From: Candidatus Omnitrophota bacterium
GTDB taxonomy: Bacteria > Omnitrophota > Gorgyraeia > Gorgyraeales > Gorgyraeaceae
DNA length: 30,824 nucleotides
Reading direction: 5' to 3'
Assembly: GCA_026387215.1 (NCBI GenBank)
Contig: JAPLMC010000036.1
Location: forward strand, 1 to 30,824
Under the pieces are notes generated by a model. The model was given only the letters and a program-made list of their open reading frames with translations, was not told the origin of the DNA and ran no database searches. A program made the translations under genes and the position numbers. Positions 27,951-30,824 of this stretch are shown here, in pieces; positions within the stretch are counted from its first letter, which is position 1, and each line of letters begins with the position of its first letter.

Positions 27951-29003
27951 CTAATTTAAAGTCTCTACTGCTTGTCTGTTATATTCAGAATTAGGATTAG
28001 CATATTTCATAGTTGTTTTGATATCTGCATGCCCTAGTAAATTTTGAACAGTAACTAAATTTACATTATTTTCAATCAGTCTTGTAGTAAAAGTTGCCCT
28101 AGTATCATGAAATCTGCATTTATTGATACCAGACCTTCGTAATGCATTATTAAATGCTGTCTTTATAGATTCTATTGGCTTGCCACAATCATCGCAAAAA
28201 ACATATTCACTGTTTACATTTATAGCACATTTTAGTACTTCTTTCAATTTATTATTAATGGGGATTGTTCTAATCTTACCACTTTTTGTTTTTGTAAGTG
28301 TTATTATCTCTTTTTCTAAATCTACATTTTCCCATTTAAGATTAAGAATTTCTCCCAGTCTCATGCCTGTATTCAATGCTGCTATAATAATAGATTTTAA
28401 GTGATTGCAAGAGGCGTTTAATAACTTTTCTTCTTCATCTTTTGAAATTACACGTATTGCACGTTCTTCTATTTTAAATTGCTTTATATTAATCATTGGG
28501 CTTCGCATCATCTTACCTAATTTCACTGCTTCGTTTAACATATGCCTTAAAACTATAGTTTCTCTGTTTACTGTTGATTTTTTTACATATTTAAGCCTAT
28601 CATACATATAATTTTCAATTTCGTTAGGAATTATCTTATTTAAAGTTTTATTACCAAAATATTTTATTAAACATTTAACTATTATTTTTTCTCTACTATA
28701 AGAACGTTTTGATTCTTTAATTTTCTTTAAATAATCTATGGCAAAATTCTTAAAAGTTATTCTATCTTTAATAGCCGTAAGGCTTAATTTACCTTCTCTT
28801 ACATCTGTTCGCCTCTTTTCAAGTTTATAACGAGCTTCTGTTCTAGTTCTGCCGCCATGCTCCCATATCCGCTTCTTATCCAGATAATAATCAATCATAT
28901 AATAATTTTCTCTTTTTTTGTATATTCCCATAATAGCACTCTCTATTCTCTCTTGGTGGTGGAGGATATCACATGACCTCGGTAAGTCAAGATATATCCC
29001 CAT
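27951..29003 (-). CDS. Tyrosine recombinase/integrase
   Basis: LNTGMRLGE (R), KTKSGK (K), FHDTRATF (HxxR), LLGHAD (H), TMKYA (Y), all intact. Alternative start ATG 28931. Confidence 0.93.
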   Translation of the reverse strand: MGIYLDLPRSCDILHHQERIESAIMGIYKKRENYYMIDYYLDKKRIWEHGGRTRTEARYKLEKRRTDVREGKLSLTAIKDRITFKNFAIDYLKKIKESKRSYSREKIIVKCLIKYFGNKTLNKIIPNEIENYMYDRLKYVKKSTVNRETIVLRHMLNEAVKLGKMMRSPMINIKQFKIEERAIRVISKDEEEKLLNASCNHLKSIIIAALNTGMRLGEILNLKWENVDLEKEIITLTKTKSGKIRTIPINNKLKEVLKCAINVNSEYVFCDDCGKPIESIKTAFNNALRRSGINKCRFHDTRATFTTRLIENNVNLVTVQNLLGHADIKTTMKYANPNSEYNRQAVETLN

Positions 29004-29187
29004 CTATTTCCTCATTAACTACTCTTTTAGTAAGCACCCATTTATCTAAATCCAGTAAGTCAAATTTCAACAGCCTACCCATCTTTATATAAGGTATCTG
29101 CTTCTGGTGCGTCCAAGAGTATATTGTGCTCACTTGAATACCCAGATACCCTGAAGCTTCTTTTATATCTATATATCTCTTATCCAT
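28987..29187 (-). CDS. Excisionase/AlpA-like HTH DNA-binding protein
   Basis: IDIKEASGYLGIQVSTIYSWTHQKQIPYIKMGRLLKF...LDKW, HTH_17-like; directly upstream of int. Confidence 0.85.
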   Translation of the reverse strand: MDKRYIDIKEASGYLGIQVSTIYSWTHQKQIPYIKMGRLLKFDLLDLDKWVLTKRVVNEEIDGDIS

Positions 29188-29388
29188 TATTGGAATCCTT
29201 TATTAGAGACAACTTCCTGAAAAAACTGTATTTTACCCCACATATAAGCTATAAAGACCGCCCATATTCAAATCCAACGCAAACCAAGCACATCCAAATA
29301 GTGTTGCTTATAATATATATACATACCAGCATTCTCTATCTATTACTTTAATGCTGTTCTGTAAAAGATAATTATATATAAGATAAGT

Positions 29389-29560
29389 TTGCATTTTGCA
29401 CTTAGCATAACTTATTTAAATATATAATGTTACAAGTGCAATCTAAAATTTACACTGAAATAGTCTTTATATTACTTAAATCTTTAAATTTCAAGCTGTT
29501 ACATAAGTGCAAGCTAGTTTTACTGCAACTTTGCACTTGCATTTACACTTATTTTTGCAC
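29389..29560. repeat. Iteron-like cluster, candidate replication origin
   Basis: About ten TTGCAC/TTGCAT/TTACAC/GTGCAA units in both orientations around AT-rich spacers, directly after the replication gene. Confidence 0.6.
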
Positions 29561-30824
29561 CTACGTAATGCTCCAATAAACACCTTTGCCTTTCTTTTGT
29601 TTAGCATCTAATGTCTTTATTTTTTTTCTCTTTTTAGCTTCTTTTATAAAATTTCGAACTGTCCCGTCTGACACACCGATAGACTCCTTTGCCTTTTCTA
29701 CAATGTCTTTTTGAGAAATACCATCTTGGCTACTTGCTTTTACAATGTCTACTATTTTATTAATCGCAGACTCTTTTTTATCGGCTGCCGAACATTCGTA
29801 ATAGAGATTATTGTTTAGCTTGATTTTTAATGGTCTAGGATTTGCTGCATTTCTTAATTCCCATGTAACTTCTATTGAGTCGCCAGAAGATTTTAAAATA
29901 ATATAAGAGTCTCCCCAATCAAAGATAGTACTAGAACCCCTGAGTACATGACCGCCTTGTTTTTCCCCTTTACCATGATGATGAACTATAATTATACTGA
30001 TTTTATATTTATCAATCAGTTCGTCAAATTTATCAAAAACCTGCTTCATCGCTTGCGTTGAATTCTCCTCTTTATTATGAAATTTGTATAAAGGGTCAAA
30101 CATAACAACTTCATACCCTTTCTCTCTTATCCATTTTTCTAATTGAGAGAAATGGCTTGCGTTAAGGATATCAAAACCTCTTACATTGCAAATTGTAAAA
30201 TTCTCTTTATCTACTTCGCCTATAGATTCAAGCATTAATTTAAGTCGAGCATAAAGTGCATGGCTACTGATTTCTTGTTGGATATACAGAACTTTTGATT
30301 TCTTTATTACTCGTATATTTAAGAAGTCTCTGCCTGTAGCAATACATAAACCTAGATTCATAACAAAATTACTTTTGCCTAATTTGCCCATGCCGCTGAT
30401 AATTGTTTTTGAATCGTAATTTATAATACCATCTCCCCAGATACTTTCTATTTTTTCATCTTTAAAATTATCTATAAAATCTTTTAAAACTACAGGCTGA
30501 CCAAAATCTTTATCTTCATTTAAAATATTACCTTTTTTTAAAAAGCATGCTTCGTCGCAAAATTCCTGCATATAACTTGCTTCACATCCAAATCCTGTAT
30601 AAGCACCTTCATAAGCAGAGTCTACTTTCTTAAATACTTCTGTTTCGCTTAATGGTGGTTTGCATCGCTCTTTATTCAATCTTTGAAGCATTTCTAGTGT
30701 TGCTTCCTTTAAATAACTATTCTTCTTAAATATTATTGCTAATCTATAAAGTATGTTATCTCTGATGCCTTCTAGTATGTCACTTTTTGATATTTTTTTA
30801 ACGCAGGGAGGTAATTTTCCTCTT
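29561..30824 (-). CDS. Primase C-terminal domain fused to RecA-like AAA_25 helicase (N-terminus beyond window)
   Basis: The frame stays open to the window edge (RGKLPPCVKKI...EGIRDNILYRLA...CKPPLSETEV...GFGC...FCDEAC). Walker A GMGKLGKS, Walker B VMFDP, IVHHHGK, RGSS, DWGD. Confidence 0.85.
   Translation of the reverse strand, partial: RGKLPPCVKKISKSDILEGIRDNILYRLAIIFKKNSYLKEATLEMLQRLNKERCKPPLSETEVFKKVDSAYEGAYTGFGCEASYMQEFCDEACFLKKGNILNEDKDFGQPVVLKDFIDNFKDEKIESIWGDGIINYDSKTIISGMGKLGKSNFVMNLGLCIATGRDFLNIRVIKKSKVLYIQQEISSHALYARLKLMLESIGEVDKENFTICNVRGFDILNASHFSQLEKWIREKGYEVVMFDPLYKFHNKEENSTQAMKQVFDKFDELIDKYKISIIIVHHHGKGEKQGGHVLRGSSTIFDWGDSYIILKSSGDSIEVTWELRNAANPRPLKIKLNNNLYYECSAADKKESAINKIVDIVKASSQDGISQKDIVEKAKESIGVSDGTVRNFIKEAKKRKKIKTLDAKQKKGKGVYWSIT

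Larger units (their letters stand above)
27870..30824 (-). mobile_element. End of an integrative element (phage-satellite / integrated-plasmid-like): primase-helicase, ori, xis, int
   Basis: Tyrosine integrase next to a tRNA, xis-like HTH, replication protein, iteron-like repeats, visibly more AT-rich than flanking core genes. Continues beyond the window; boundary approximate. Confidence 0.8.

Noticed and set aside
29124-29351. Plus-strand 75-aa ORF in the element
   Set aside because: Antisense to xis, low complexity, no RBS.

Overview
Mostly minus-strand chromosomal segment of an AT-rich anaerobic bacterium. The gene style suggests an uncultured lineage such as Ca. Omnitrophota, but that is an impression I cannot test here. 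Core genes: por gamma/delta/alpha(partial), recR-dnaX, tadA, divIC/ftsB-eno, an FtsH-like protease with a coupled lipoprotein, purN-trxA, an rnf operon in the order C-G-D-E-A-B, and an MFS transporter. Accessory parts: a decaying envelope-modification cluster (methyltransferase, PIG-L deacetylase, GNAT, ArnT-like pseudogene); mgtA; an OmpR-family two-component module with an unannotated 36-aa Cys/His microprotein and two promoters of identical triple-repeat geometry; and the end of a satellite-like integrative element (integrase, xis-like HTH, iteron-like ori, primase-helicase) on the 5' side of tRNA-Thr. There are four tRNA genes: Ser-GCT, Ser-CGA, Thr-CGT and an initiator Met split by a 244-nt group I intron. 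The most striking unexplained signal is a family of ~65-bp two-hairpin intergenic repeats (7 clear copies plus 1 degenerate). They have covarying stems and a strand-specific CGAG/CGAG tandem-mismatch motif, and most begin right after a CC(A/G) at tRNA acceptor ends or CCA-like sites. Several genes also carry short internal lesions, including an enolase lacking its catalytic GDEGG loop.
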